The notes below the pieces were generated by a model. That model was given only the letters and a program-made list of their open reading frames with translations. It ran no database searches and was not told where the DNA came from. From Octopus sinensis (lineage: Eukaryota), in NCBI RefSeq assembly GCF_006345805.1, contig NC_043002.1, positions 117,180,001 to 117,244,000 of the forward strand: a stretch of DNA of 64,000 nt. Direction: 5' to 3'. The stretch's first letter is position 1; each line of letters opens with the position of its first letter. Shown piece by piece: positions 27,216 through 40,559 of this stretch. A program made the position numbers and the translations under genes.

Positions 27216-28529
27216 CTAAAATCATCGTAATTTTTGCGTCTACCTTTCCATGTTTGCATAAGTTAGACTGGTTCTTTTGTTGAGGCAGATTTTCTATACA
27301 GGTATACAAATACAGGTATATTAAATACCACACTGCAGAAATCGCTATTTAATCTGGATTTATTAAAATCTCTCCGCCTGTAGATTGCGTATATGTATTA
27401 CTATGAGAATTGGGGGCGATTGTGAAATATGGTATTAATGATAGTGGCAGCGGGGATAGCGGTGATACATACCAGCCATGATGCTGATGTATGAAAAGTG
27501 TGGGGGGGGGAGAAAGGGAGAGGGTGTGTGTGTGTGGTTATTTATGTTGATAGCAATGTGGGCGGTGATGATGAAGATGGGAACTGACGAAGATGTTGCC
27601 GCTAGTGCGGAAGGTGGTGCCGCTGGGACGTAAGTTGTTGGTGTTAATAGTAAAGGAGGGGATAAAAAGTGGTAGGGGTACTTGTGATGGTTGTGGGGAT
27701 GCCTGCGGCGATGATGATCTCGAGGGTGCTAAGGAGTTAGCTTGGATGGTGATGGGGGGGAGCCAGGAAGGGAAAGGCAATGAGATACACTGGCAAATCG
27801 CAGCTGCCAGACATATTAGCAATAAGGTGAAGATGTCAGTAAATATGGGAACCACTATACATACGTGTACACGCACAGACACACGTACCTACCGACCTAC
27901 GCACATCCATATGCATAGGCGCGTGCAAACGCAAATACGCAAGGGATGCTATCGAAAAAAATCCATACGTACGGAGCTAAGTGGGTAAATAAATAAATTA
28001 ATTACGCGAAAGATGGAGAAGTAGAATACAAACAGACGCGCACATATACAAACTCAGACTTATATGCACACACATACGTACGCATATATATAGATACACA
28101 CCACACACTCACGCATACGTGTGTGTGTGGTGTGTGTGTGTGCGAGTGTGTGTGTATGTGTATGTGTATGTACATACACAAAATATACACACAGATATTG
28201 TATTTACGCAATATATATGAGTATGTGTAGATAGATAGATAGACAGACAGACAGATAGATATGTATAGAAGGAGCAGGAAAATGCAAATTATTAAATTAA
28301 TAGATTATATCAACAATAATTGGGAAAATAAGTATAAACTGAAGGCTACGAATCTCATAGGTTTATAAGTCAGTGAACGGGATGCTTTCTTAGTATATGA
28401 GTGCAAGCACATGCATACAATTTCAATAAGGGCCTTAATTTTATCTAGAGGTCCTAATTTTATTACTTTCCCAATAATCTCAGTATATGAGTGGTCTTCT
28501 TTCTCTCTTTCGTAGAATTAGACGCAATG

Positions 28530-29780
28530 GAATGAGCCGATAGTAATTTAAAAGAAAGTTTGTATGACAATTTCGCAGAGGAATGAAGGGCAAACTTCAC
28601 ACGAAAACCTTTTCTGGCGAGTAAAGGTTAGTTTAAAAGGACTAAGAAACGCTTGAATTTGCACGACATAAAGATCACTAACGGCGCTGCCAATGCTGAT
28701 GCAGAAACTGCTGTTAGATACCCTGGGCAACAGAAAAGAAAAAAATAGTGATTGCTGAAGGAAGCTACCCACCAGAGCACCCATACAGTGTTGAAGAAAC
28801 CGAAATTTTCTGGTAAAACGTTACTGCCAGGATTGTTATTTTTCAAGAAGAATAATCAACAGTAGGATTTAAATCTTGGAAAAGTCGTGTGACGTTTCTT
28901 CAGAGAAGAAATGCCGTTAGTAAGATGAAGTCCCGAAAATCGAAGGGCTCTCAAGGGCTACGAAAGATTTAATCACTTTCTGATTTGGCTTTCACATTAG
29001 AAGGAATGAATGAGTAATAACCTCTTCGAAGAGTTATTTACAAACAATTTTTGTTCTTGCTATACAAAGGTACGGTACTAGACATAATATTTCCAACAAA
29101 GCATTACACCTTTTAGTCAATGAAAGAATATAGTATATTCCCAAGAATAACAAGTTTTTGTTCCAAACAGTGGATCAAAGTGTTAAAGTTAACTTTAAGG
29201 CATATTATCTGAAACTTTCAAATGTTTATGAAAGCCATTAGGATGGAGGATAAACCTACAGTTAAAGACTTCTGGAAGTAGCTCAACAAAATGGATGTTA
29301 TGGGTAACAGCTACGTTACCTGAAGTGAAACACTCAACGTTGAATGGTACATGGAAAAATATATGGCCAGACTGCATCCATGAATTTACATATTTTTCAC
29401 AAGCAGGATCAAAGCAATATTGAAGCACTTGCAAAAGAAGAATTTGCAAAAATTGTAAAGGATGACTTGGTTGAATTGATAGTGTCCCATGGGCAACAAA
29501 GAACTGATGTTGTTAGAACAAGAATACAGATGAGAATACAGAAATTCTACCAACCCCAATTAAATTTACTGTAACGTGTATTGCTAAAGGTTTAGCACAT
29601 ATAGAGAAACGTATGCAAGTTTTGCTGATAACAACCCTAATCGTGAATGGATAAAAATTATGAGGTGTTTACTGTGGACTCAGTTCCTACATTGAGCTTT
29701 ACAAAGAAATTATGAGCCATAAACATTCGAACAACTTTTGATATGTTCTTCACCATTCAACCAGATGTTGATCATGCTGA
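28530..29780 (+). mobile_element. Tigger/pogo-family DNA transposase remnant
   Basis: FLASKG*FKRTKKRLNLHDIKIT, AANADAETA, EGSYPPEHPYSVEETEIFW and KQWIKVLKLTLRAYYL parallel the pogo CENP-B/DDE motifs. Confidence 0.7.
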
Positions 29781-30145
29781 ACATGATCATGATAGAAGAT
29801 CGTGCTATTCGTTCTGCCTCTTACTCTCATTCCTCAACACAGAAGTCAGCATCTTTTGTGGTAGGAGGTACATTGTTACGACATTACGATTTTTATTTAT
29901 TTCCAAACATATTTCTCTTCACATGATTTTATGCCTTTATATTGCACTGCGTGACTTTAGAAATTGTCTTGTTTGTGGATAATGTGATATTTTTTTTAAA
30001 GGACCCTTCCTTCCGAAAGCGTTTCACGTAGATAATATGAAAATCTATAGAAAATGATTTTTACAATTCGGGCTTCCATATTTCGGGAAAATGTTTAGAA
30101 ACGCAATATTTACAAAATGCGAGGTATTCATATACATGTACAGAC

Positions 30146-30290
<145 letters not shown>

Positions 30291-30320
30291 GATCAAAAAT
30301 ATATATTTTCCTCTCACATC

Positions 30321-30375
30321 GTCTCCGATGAAGGGATATTATTATTAATTAATATTCTAGAAACAGCTGTAAAAC
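30321..30375 (+). ncRNA. Degenerate type I hammerhead ribozyme motif (family H3)
   Basis: GUCU-CCGAUGA-A-[GGGAUAUU/AAUAUUCU stem II]-A-GAAAC-AGCU-GUA-AAAC. U4>C and one stem I mismatch. Confidence 0.45.
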
Positions 30376-30668
30376 CTTCTATCTATAAATGCTCTATCTA
30401 TACAGCCTTGGTTTTTTATCTCATTACACAAAAAACTCTTATATATCTATATATGCATTTAGCATAAAAGTGTGTGCTTTTGTGTATGCGTGCGTGGATG
30501 AGTGCGTGAATGCGTGTGTGGATGCGTGTGTGTATGTGTGTGTGAGTGTGTGTGTGTGTTTGTGTGTGTATGTGTGAGTGTGTGTGTGTGAGTGTTGTGT
30601 GTGTGTGTGTGTGTGTTTGTGTGTGTATGTGTGAGTGTGTGTGTGTGTGAGTGTGTGTGTGTGTGTGA

Positions 30669-30708
<40 letters not shown>

Positions 30709-30944
30709 TGTGTTACAAAGCTTGGCTGGATGAAGAAAACAATATTTAAGCAAATTCTTCCTATGCTATTATTGAGCGAAAAGAATAAGGGAAACTCCCC
30801 CCTCTCTTTACCGCACTTCAAAAGCATGGATGGAATCTGTTTACTTTACTCTTACTTTGCCCCCAACAAGGCTTTCTTATATCTAAATTTTTTCAGAACT
30901 GATTCAAGCTGTGCTGTGCATGTTTGTGTGTGCGTATGTATGTA

Positions 30945-30996
<52 letters not shown>

Positions 30997-31311
30997 ATAT
31001 ATATAAACATAGAGAGAGAGAGAGAGAGAGAGAGAGAGCAATCTGTGCATCATACTTAAGGCCAATACATCGCTGAGATCCTAATTTACTGTGGTATTCG
31101 TCTCGAGAAAGTATCTTTCATAGTTGTATAGTATCAAAAAATATAGAAATATATCAGTGTTTTTAACGCTATACGTCTATAAGAGATGCCATCTCGAGAC
31201 GAATACCACAGTTAATTGTACTTTCATGTTTCTCCCTTTATGATACAAATATTGCTATAATAAATTAATATTGCTTTTGTTGCACACAACGAATATATAT
31301 ATGCGTATATG

Positions 31312-31359
<48 letters not shown>

Positions 31360-31679
31360 GTATGTAAAATGTTTGTTTCTTTTTGTGTCAACTCTATAAA
31401 AACTTTAACATGAAACTGACTAAATCACTCATCATGTTTTTGTAGATTACATGGTTATGAGTCTTTTACAAGAAAAATGATGACTGAATTCTTCCGTCGA
31501 AGGCTAGCGAGCCAAAACTTCGACGCTACCCTCACCGTTCTTCCCGTGAATGTCTAACGTGTATGTGTATTTGTGTCTGTGCGCGCGTGTATGTGTGTGT
31601 GCCGTGTGAGTGTATGTGTGTGTGTATGTATGTGTGTGTGTGTAGACACCATATAAACCGAGAAGGAATCTGATCTCCA

Positions 31680-31860
31680 AACCCAATCGTCGCCATGGAG
31701 GTGAGAGCCAGGAGCTTTTTCGGCAAATATGTCTATGACCTCATGAAACTGCTCTCAATTTCTGTGAAGATGACCAGAACCCTAAACTTAAGGTCAGAAG
31801 CGGCTTAAAAGAGCTTCAAGTGAATCTGGCCAAAGAAGAATGAAATGAACTTCAGAAGGC
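31680..31860 (+). mobile_element. Hero-like RLE element C-terminal fragment
   Basis: AMEVRARSFFGK...IWPKK resembles PVEVGCRGF...WIWxKR. Confidence 0.45.
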
Positions 31861-32279
31861 ATAATTTTCCTTGCTTAAAACTAATGTCTAGTAGCGAAGT
31901 CATTTTAACATCCATCACAAATATGATTTTAGTTCTCGCAAGCGTTTCTTACTATGGATACATGCCTAAAGCACTTGCTTTTGGGAATAACCCACATGAC
32001 ATTTAGAAAAGCCCGGATGACATTGGGAAAAACAAGCTTTGTGAGTTGGCTTCCGAACTTTCATTTCCTCAACTTAGAACTATCCCCATAGATGAAAGAT
32101 GCCCCCAGGATTCACCGAAAGGGAAAGGGAATGATGAATCTATCGTCCTCGATCGAATTACAACTGAAATTGCCTACCGGAGTTTATTGATTTTCCGTCT
32201 ATCTATATAATGAAACTCTCTAGTGATCGTAGAATGAAGATCACAGGATGTAAAAATGGTTGTATGAATGCTTTGATAG

Positions 32280-33900
32280 ATAAGTAACTTTGTACTGCGC
32301 TAGCAGTGAAGGCAATGGAAAACCAAAGCCTGTTCTAAATGACAGTGCTCAGAACATCTATCTTGTAATTTCAGATTGAAATTTATTTCTGGCTCTTAAC
32401 ACCAAACGTCAGAAAGTTGGAACGCAAGCGAAAAGTGGAAAAGATTAGATGAAATTATTTACAAACTGACGAACTGATGGAAAGTACATCCTACAATAGA
32501 AACTTGCCTCATTTAGAAATATTTTATGCAACTTGTATGTAAATCTGCTAAAGGTGGAAACCGGAGGAAAGTTAATCTTAAGGAGCAGATAAAGACTGTT
32601 CTAGAATATGAGACTCAAGTTTCAGAGAAGCTCTAGAAAGACTTGAAAGTAAATCAAAGTGCCTTCAGAATATTCAGCAAGGAGGACAGGAGATAAAAGC
32701 AAAAACAGCCAGGATTATTTCGCCAGAGATTCCTTTCAGTTTGTCAGGAAACTATTTGAGTAGCCACGATCTAGGACATTCACAGTGAACAAAGTATCTC
32801 GGGAACAGCATCTTAGGAAAACGTATTCCAGCTCTCATACTGAGACACTACTTAAAATCAGGGGCTTTTGTGGTCGGCAATGCCAGAGAAAATGTTCAAC
32901 AAGCCACCAATACTGGGTAAAGTGATGAAAGTTCATCACAAAAGTCAAAGTCAGTGCATTATTTGAGCTGACCAAAGTATGCTAGCGGTGTGTATAAAAC
33001 AGAAGTCATATAACGTCAATGTGTTCAGACAAGTAGTCGTTGGGTTGTTGAAAGGAAAACTTCTGTTGTTGTAACAAAGCTAAGTAAATAATTTACAGGT
33101 AATAAGTACCTGGACGTGTTAGTTCAGGAAGGAGGTATCCCAGGAGTGTCTAGATGAACGCTGCATGTCTCAATAATCTAGACACACACCTGAGAGATAG
33201 AGGCAGAGAAAATGGACCTCGATGTCGTGTGGCTCAAACTTGCGAATATCTACGGATCAGTATCAACTAGGTGATCCAACAGGCTCTTGATATGCATCCT
33301 ATCCTAAAGAACACCTGAGAAATATTGAAAAAGTTCTACCGTGGTTTCACCATACGATTCTCCACAAAGGAATTTACGACATACTGGCTAAATCTGTAAG
33401 TTATCATAGCAGTGGGGTGTGCAATTTCTTCACTACTATTCATGCGAGCAACGGAGGTGATCTTGAAGGTAGCAATGAGTGGTACTGGTCTGTCAGATCT
33501 CGGAAATTGATACGAAACGCCATCTCTAAGGGGGTTTTTATGGACAGCACAGCAGTTCTTTCCACAAGGAAGAGTGGTACACGTAGGGTTCTGAATAAGT
33601 TAGGGTGAGATTCAAACTAAAGAAATCATCGAGCCTTTAACTATGTCAGAGGAAAGTAGTTCATAAAGACGTCCGTTGTTTGCCAACCAACCCATTCCAA
33701 CAGAGGCAGAAGAGCCAGTCAGGAGGCGGTTCCTTAAAAGACACAAAATCGGAGATCAAACCGAGCAAATAGCAGAAGAAAGTCTGTAGGCAAAAGATCA
33801 GTGTTACCTCCTAGGTAAATAGAAAGTATGGTCCCTAAGTTCATGCTAATCTCCTGCCTTTGCTGATATCCGATAACAACACTAGAACAAGAGAATTAAG
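32280..33900 (+). mobile_element. Hero-like non-LTR element RT remnant
   Basis: FARDSFQFVRKLFE*PRSRTFTVNKVSREQHLRKTYS, DLDVVWLKLANIYGSV and GVFMDSTAVLST...TRRVLNKL. Confidence 0.65.
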
Positions 33901-34099
33901 GGAGATGAAGATTAGCAAATACTCAATGAATGGTTTGGTGTCGTACTCATTGATGAATGGTGCCAAACAAAACTGAAGTTACCTCTAAAGCCCATTTTTT
34001 TTTTTTTTTTTAGGAATACAACATTGAAATAGCAAGTATACTTGATGTCTCAGGAGACACAGCTGTAAGGAGATCGTGCTGAAAAGTAAGAAAGAATGG

Positions 34100-34520
34100 A
34101 AAGTTCTCGAACAACGGATATAGAAAGGAGAACTTCAAGGTTTTCAGTCGACACACAATCTCCAAGTCTTGTCTATGTTTCTGTCACCCAACGGCGCTAT
34201 CTTGACTGCGCCTCTGACCATTCCAATGCTTACAAAGACACATACTCTCCATCATATTTGCTCTTCTATCTAAAAACAATCTACAGAAGCCGTGTCCAAG
34301 TTCCTTGTCAGTCAACAAACAACATTTATTTAAATCAAATCCACGTGGTTGCTTCCACCTTGATCGCAATGTTTAATTGCTTTCTTCCTTTCTTATTTTT
34401 GATCTTTTCCATTTCTACTGAGCGAAGAAGGATATTGTCCGAAACGTTAAAACAATTCTTCTCCGAGGGCGAAGCAAATATGATGGATTGTGGATTTCCC
34501 CCGTCCTTTTTATTTTGTCT
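34100..34520 (+). mobile_element. PLE 3' remnant with a very degenerate hammerhead trace (..GAAGAAGGATATTGTCCGAAACGTT)
   Basis: GGA/TCC stem followed by GAAACGTT, in a pyrimidine-rich context like 39775-39935. Confidence 0.35.
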
Positions 34521-34529
34521 TCTCTTCTT

Positions 34530-34574
<45 letters not shown>

Positions 34575-34722
34575 TAATACAGATATATATATATACATAT
34601 ATATAATACATATATATATTATATGTATACATGTATAGAATACATATATACATACATATGAGAAAAAAACAAACGTGTGCTTGTTCGTGTACATATATGC
34701 AATATATTGTCTCTCTCACTCT

Positions 34723-34797
<75 letters not shown>

Positions 34798-36349
34798 TAA
34801 GCTCCCCTCCTCCGCTTCTCTTTATTTTTCATTCTCTCCGCTTGGTCTCCTACTTATGTTTTCGGAATATCTATTAATCTTTAACGACAGATTATATACA
34901 TGGAGATCAATACTATTATAGAGAAACATCAAATTTATGTATGTGGAGCAGTCTCTTCTCGCTCTTTTTCTTCTTTGTTTCCTATTCCTTTTCTCTCTTG
35001 TGGTTTGTCTTATTCATCATGCCCTTGCCCAAATCCCCGCATGCTGCTTGCCATCCACTCTAATTATCAGATCAATACAAAGGATTATCACACGATAAAA
35101 TTAAAGAACAACAAATACGTAGAAATATCGATTGAAATCTATCTTTTTTGTGTGAAGTAAAACAGAATATTTCAATGGTGTGAGTGCAAATGAACCTTTT
35201 CTTTCTATTTCATGTCAGGTTTATGTCAGCTTTATGAGTGCAAGCAAACCTCCTTTGCTTTCATTTTATATCGAATTTGAGACATAGTAGCCGTTGGTGA
35301 GAAATTAATTACCCACAAAATTTGAAAACAAAAAAGACAGAAAACAATAATCTCATACGGATAACATAAGAATGTGGTTTTTGTTAAAAAAAAATCTATA
35401 TTTCAAATAAAGTTAGATAAAATGGAGCCAGTAATTATGACCGAATGTGAGCTAAAATTTACAATAAATAAATTTGATGGATTTATTTTAAATTTACTAA
35501 GAGTTGTAGAAATAAGAATCTGATGAGGAAAACGCTTTAATATTGACGAACATCGTTTTAGTTATTTCGTTTTAGTTATGAGACAACTTCAGCGATGTCT
35601 TTTCGCCTTATCAGTAAAGCATAGCCTTCAGTATATTTCCAAATTAGAAATGGGGAAATCATAAGGCAAATGTTCAAGATTGAATCACTGGCTGACGTAG
35701 AAAATAAGAATTGTTTAGATAATAAATAATTCAGAAACGCCATTTGCACGTAAAACAAAAGTTAAGATTTAACTTCTTTCTACTTATATCTGTAAGCAGT
35801 CACATATCGGGCCATTAATTACATGCATAAATTAGTTCAAACAATATAGAGTAAATATTGACTATAATTTACAGCAAATTTGGTTCATTACACACCTTTT
35901 ATTACTCCCTCCACTTATACATAATTATAGATGTATTCAGAGAGATTTTGTCATTGTTTATTTATAGAGATACTTTTTGCAAATAAACCAGAATAATGCT
36001 ATATTTCTTTCATGTAGGTTTAAGTGAGATTTTTCGCGTTTTCTCTTTGTTCTATCTTTTGTTTGTTATTGTTTTGTTTTTGTTTGTTTGGGGTTTTGTT
36101 TTTTCTTTGTTTGTTTGTTTTGTTTTGTTTTGTTTTGCTTTTTCCGTGAATAATATTGTAAGGAAGTAGGAAGCCCTACTTATTCGCACGATCTACTGGA
36201 AATAGCAACCAAATTGCCTTTATTCCCAACCCGCCGCTATAACAAAAACAAAGGGAAGCTGCCTTGACGCATTTGTTCGTAGATATACAAAAAGTTAAAA
36301 TGATTGTTTATAAATAATCATTTCTATTTCAGTCACATGATCTGAGATT

Positions 36350-37152
36350 TGGGGTAAGTGCTTATTTTATCGGCCCCGAAAGGATGAAAGGCATAGTCGA
36401 CCTCGGCCGAATTTGAATTCTAAGTGTAAACAGCTGGAAGAAATGGCGCTCGGCATTTTGCTCGGCATTGATATTCGACCAGCTCGCATATCAATAATGT
36501 CACTTTATTTGTTTGATAAATACTCAAACATCACCTCTATGTATGCTGCGTGCTGCATACATGGTATAAAATGGTTAATCCCCGTGTTAACATTTTTTAT
36601 TCCCATGTGTATATAGCTATATGTATCTATCTATTTATCTAGCTAGCTAGCTATCTGTCTATCGATTTATTTATCTATATGGTTGAGTGTGTGTGTGTGC
36701 GTGTGTGTGTGGGTCTGGGTTTGTGTGTGCGGTGGGGGTGTTAAAATAAACAAGTCACCCATTATATATATATCACATTAATATTAGTTTCAAATTTTGA
36801 CACAAGGCCAGCAATTTCGAGCTCAGTGTTCAACTTGTACTTATTTTATCGATCGAAATGATGAAAGGTAAAGTCGATTCCGACAGCATTTGAACTCAGA
36901 ACGTTAAAGATGGACGAAATACCTATTTCTTTACTACCCACAAGGTGCTAAACACAGAGAAGACAAACAAGGACAGACAAACGGATTAAGTCGATTATAT
37001 CGACCTCAGAGCGTAACTGGTACTTAATTTATCGACCCCGAAAGGATGAAAGGCAAAGTCGACCTCGGCGGAATTTGAGCTCAGAACGTAACGGCAGACG
37101 AAAAACGGCTACGCATTTCGCTCGGCGTGCTAACGTTTCTGCCAGCTCGCCG
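36350..37152 (-). mobile_element. Cluster of three minus-strand SINE-B copies or fragments (36350-36490, 36785-36920, 36921-37152)
   Basis: Reverse complements of the SINE-B central domain and tail. Confidence 0.85.
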
Positions 37153-37309
37153 CCTTATCCCATCACGTGATCACGTGACCGTCCAGGCTATCAGATGTTG
37201 TTACACATCGCTGGTCCCAATGTGCTTTGGCATTGTTTTGCCTTCAAATGACGCCACCTCGCAGGCTGGACGAGCAGGCAAATATCCCCCCCTCACCCTG
37301 ATCATAAGA

Positions 37310-37405
37310 GGGAGTGGAGCAACGTAAAATGAAGCGCCCAGTCAGGGAATCGAACCCACGATGTAGCGATCGTGAGTACAACAGCCTACCCACTAGGCTA
37401 CCCCG
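37310..37405 (-). mobile_element. tRNA-derived SINE head
   Basis: A box TAGCCTAGTGG (37390-37400) and B box GTTCGATTC (37347-37355) on the minus strand. No acceptor stem. Confidence 0.7.
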
Positions 37406-37440
37406 TCTTATATATCATATTGATATTTTATGAGAATATA

Positions 37441-37862
37441 CGGTGGCGAGCTGGCAGAATCGTTACCACGAAAGGCGGAATGCTTAGCAGCGTTTCGTCC
37501 GTCTTCATGTTCTGAGTTCAAATTCCTCCGAGGTTAAATTTGCCTTTCATCCTTTCGGGGTCGAGAAAATAAGTACCACTTAAGTACTGAGGTCGATGCA
37601 ATCGACTTGACCCCTTCCCCAAAAATGCTGACCAATGTGCCAAACTTTGAAATCAATAAATTATGAGAATGTAAGGTGGTGAGCTGGTAGAATAGTTAGC
37701 ACTCTAGGCAAAATATTTTGCGGATTTCATCCGTCTTTACGTTCAGAGTTCAAATACTACCGAGGTTGATTTGGCATTTTATCCTTTCGAGGTCTGTAGA
37801 ATAAGTACCGTTTAAAACCCTCTCACGAGTTTGCTAGCCTTGTGCCAAAATTTGAACCCAAT
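37441..37862 (+). mobile_element. Two tandem SINE-B copies
   Basis: GGTGGCGAGCTGGCAGAATCGTTA head and central domain, twice. Confidence 0.85.
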
Positions 37863-37979
37863 ATTTTATGAGAATGTATTTATTGATCATCGCCTACTTA
37901 CGTTGAATTTATTTCCATATAGCTTAATGTCTGACATAATTCGCATATAATGATGTGCTTCGTAATTTGGGGTTCCTTC

Positions 37980-38204
37980 CCTCTTCACGGTTCCACTGCA
38001 CAGCATCTTGAGCACGTGTCTTCTGTGTTCTTGAATTAAGCAATGCTTTCATGTGTGAAAGCTTGTGTGTGTTTGTCTTTCTCCCCTTCCATACCATTTG
38101 ACAACCGGTTTTGGTTTCTTTGCATCCCCGTAACTTAGGAGTTCGGCAAAGGAGAATGGTAGAATAAGTACCAGACTTAAAAGTTAATTACTGAGATCGA
38201 TTTA
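37980..38204 (+). mobile_element. Old SINE-A-like copy interrupted by the PLE insertion; tail resumes at 38960-39000
   Basis: CCCCGTAACTTAG.AGTTCGGCAAAGGAGA...ATCGATTTA | TTCAACTAAG...CAAGGCG. Confidence 0.7.
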
Positions 38205-38714
38205 CAGTTCTATATTTAAGAGATGAGGAATTTTGTACATTATTTACATTATTTACATTCGACGGATATTTTTCCTCATCAGGACAGTATTACAACACTT
38301 GGCAATATAATACAACACTTCACAAATATCTTCTTCGAGTAAAACCACCAATAGAAGAGAATATGACCAAAGACTGCGTGTACTCCATTCCATGCATCTG
38401 TGGTAGGTAATACAAAGGCGAAACATGCCGCCCCCTCAAAACAAGGGTAGACGAACATCGCAAAGCTGTGACATGAGGAGGTATTGATAAATCGGGTATA
38501 GCTGATCATGTATGGAAATATAGAGACCATCTCCCCACTGTGGGATGAAGTTAAAATGATAGACAGAGAACACCACTAGAAAATACGAAAATTAAAAGAA
38601 GCACATATGCTATGACACAACAACCTCCTAAGCAGACCGAGTGCAGATATGAGCAGCATTAAGGAAGGATAGAAAAATATTAGATTTATAAGTCCTAAAA
38701 TTCACTCCATAATT

Positions 38715-38785
38715 GCATATGGCTTAGTGGTTAAGAGCGTGGGCTACTAACCCCAATATTCCGAGTTCGATTCCAAACAGTGACC
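38715..38785 (+). other. tRNA-like Pol III internal promoter within the PLE 3' region
   Basis: A box TGGCTTAGTGG (38720-38730) and B box GTTCGATTC (38765-38773). Not a foldable mature tRNA. Confidence 0.7.
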
Positions 38786-38868
38786 TGAACAACAGTAATA
38801 ATAATAATAATAATAATAACATCTAAAAATACCTTAGGAATGAGAACCCAGGTTCGAAATTTCCCCAA

Positions 38869-38914
38869 GACACCTGATAAAGGCTGGAGGGTATATCAGC
38901 CGAAACGTTGTGTT
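38869..38914 (+). ncRNA. Minimal type I hammerhead ribozyme (family H1), G8>A variant
   Basis: GACAC-CUGAUAA-A-GGCUG-(10 nt)-CAGCC-GAAACGUU-GUGUU. Stems I and II pair. Confidence 0.7.
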
Positions 38915-39519
38915 AACAACAAAGATGAAGACAAATATCCGTCCAATGTAAATAATGAAATCGATTTATTCAACTAAGCTTTTCAAGGCGCCTCCCTCTC
39001 CCCCATCATGATCGTTGCCCAACAAAAAGATAAAAGATTATGCAAATTCAAGAAGAGAATTTTGCCATTGAATGAATTAATGACATGTTGAATTATATTG
39101 TCTGGTGTTCTTGTTACAAAATACTGTCTGTATCACTTGAATATTTAATTGACTAGAGCACTTTTCTATGGAATATATAGCATTAAAGGATGCGAGAAAA
39201 TGAACTCATATAATCCCATAATATCGTTAATGTGTCAGAAGTAATTAATTCAGTATGACAGAGTTCGTGATTCCATGACCTCCATCATGCTTATTGACGA
39301 AGTTCAAATTCTAAAATATTATATTTTGAGGTGAAATGGTTCGAACGAAAATCGAACCATAAACATCAGTCACCAGGCGCTTACAGCTACTCACCAGTAA
39401 CTCATACATTTTTTTTAATAAATTGAAACTCAAATAATTGCAATTGTAAACATACACTCACAGACATATGTATGCATATATGGAATATTTGTGTGTGTGT
39501 GGTGTGTGTGTGTGTGTGT

Positions 39520-39560
<41 letters not shown>

Positions 39561-39774
39561 GTGTAAATGCATAGGAGAATAATAAAGAGAAAGTTCTTGG
39601 TACAGTATTAAATATATTTTTGAAAGAAGCTGTTAAGCTTGAAACTCATATCTTAGTAACTCACTGTAAACATTATTATTAAGATTAAAATAAAAAAGTA
39701 TTCCCTCAAAATAGCCATCTCTACTCATTCTTTCAAATATAAATGCATATATACACATCCATATGCATATATAT

Positions 39775-39935
39775 GTGACCGCGTGTGTATCGTTGGTGAT
39801 TTTCTTTCTCCGTCTTCCCTTCCTTGGATCTTTCCTTTTTCTATGTTTCTGACGAAGAGCTCCGCTCGAAACGTTAAATCCCCCTTCTTTCTTCCCTTTC
39901 CTGAGCGTCCAATAACACTATTCTTGTTCCACGCT
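39775..39935 (+). mobile_element. PLE-type 3' terminal repeat fragment (family H2)
   Basis: Homologous to the inverted copy at 49800-50000; carries the hammerhead motif. Confidence 0.65.
39845..39879 (+). ncRNA. Minimal type I hammerhead ribozyme with intact core (family H2)
   Basis: GUUU-CUGACGA-A-GAGC-UCC-GCUC-GAAACGUU-AAAU. Confidence 0.7.
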
Positions 39936-39942
39936 ATATATA

Positions 39943-40494
<552 letters not shown>

Positions 40495-40559
40495 TTGATA
40501 TATGTGTGTGTGTATATATATATATATATATACATACACACACACACACATAACATATA

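Larger units (their letters stand above)
38205..38959 (+). mobile_element. 5'-truncated Penelope-like insertion: inverted pLTR end, GIY-YIG fragment, tRNA-like segment, (AAT)n and hammerhead; 9-bp TSD ATCGATTTA
   Basis: CVYSIPCICGR*YKGETCRPLKTRVDEHRKAV..GIADHVWK. TSD at 38196-38204 and 38960-38968. 38247-38280 is the reverse complement of 38924-38957 (31/34). Confidence 0.9.

Noticed and set aside
27560-27990. GC-rich ORFs with a GAC|GTAAGT donor
   Set aside because: The composition matches degenerate GAT/GGT simple repeats, and there is no clear acceptor or recognisable protein.
37310-38785. Genuine tRNA genes at 37.3 and 38.7 kb
   Set aside because: A and B boxes are present, but the acceptor and anticodon stems do not pair, so they are treated as tRNA-derived repeat heads.
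39346-39362. ATGGTTCGA-7nt-TCGAACCAT hairpin, and other palindromes of 12 bp or less (for example 408-419)
   Set aside because: Too short to exceed chance in 64 kb.
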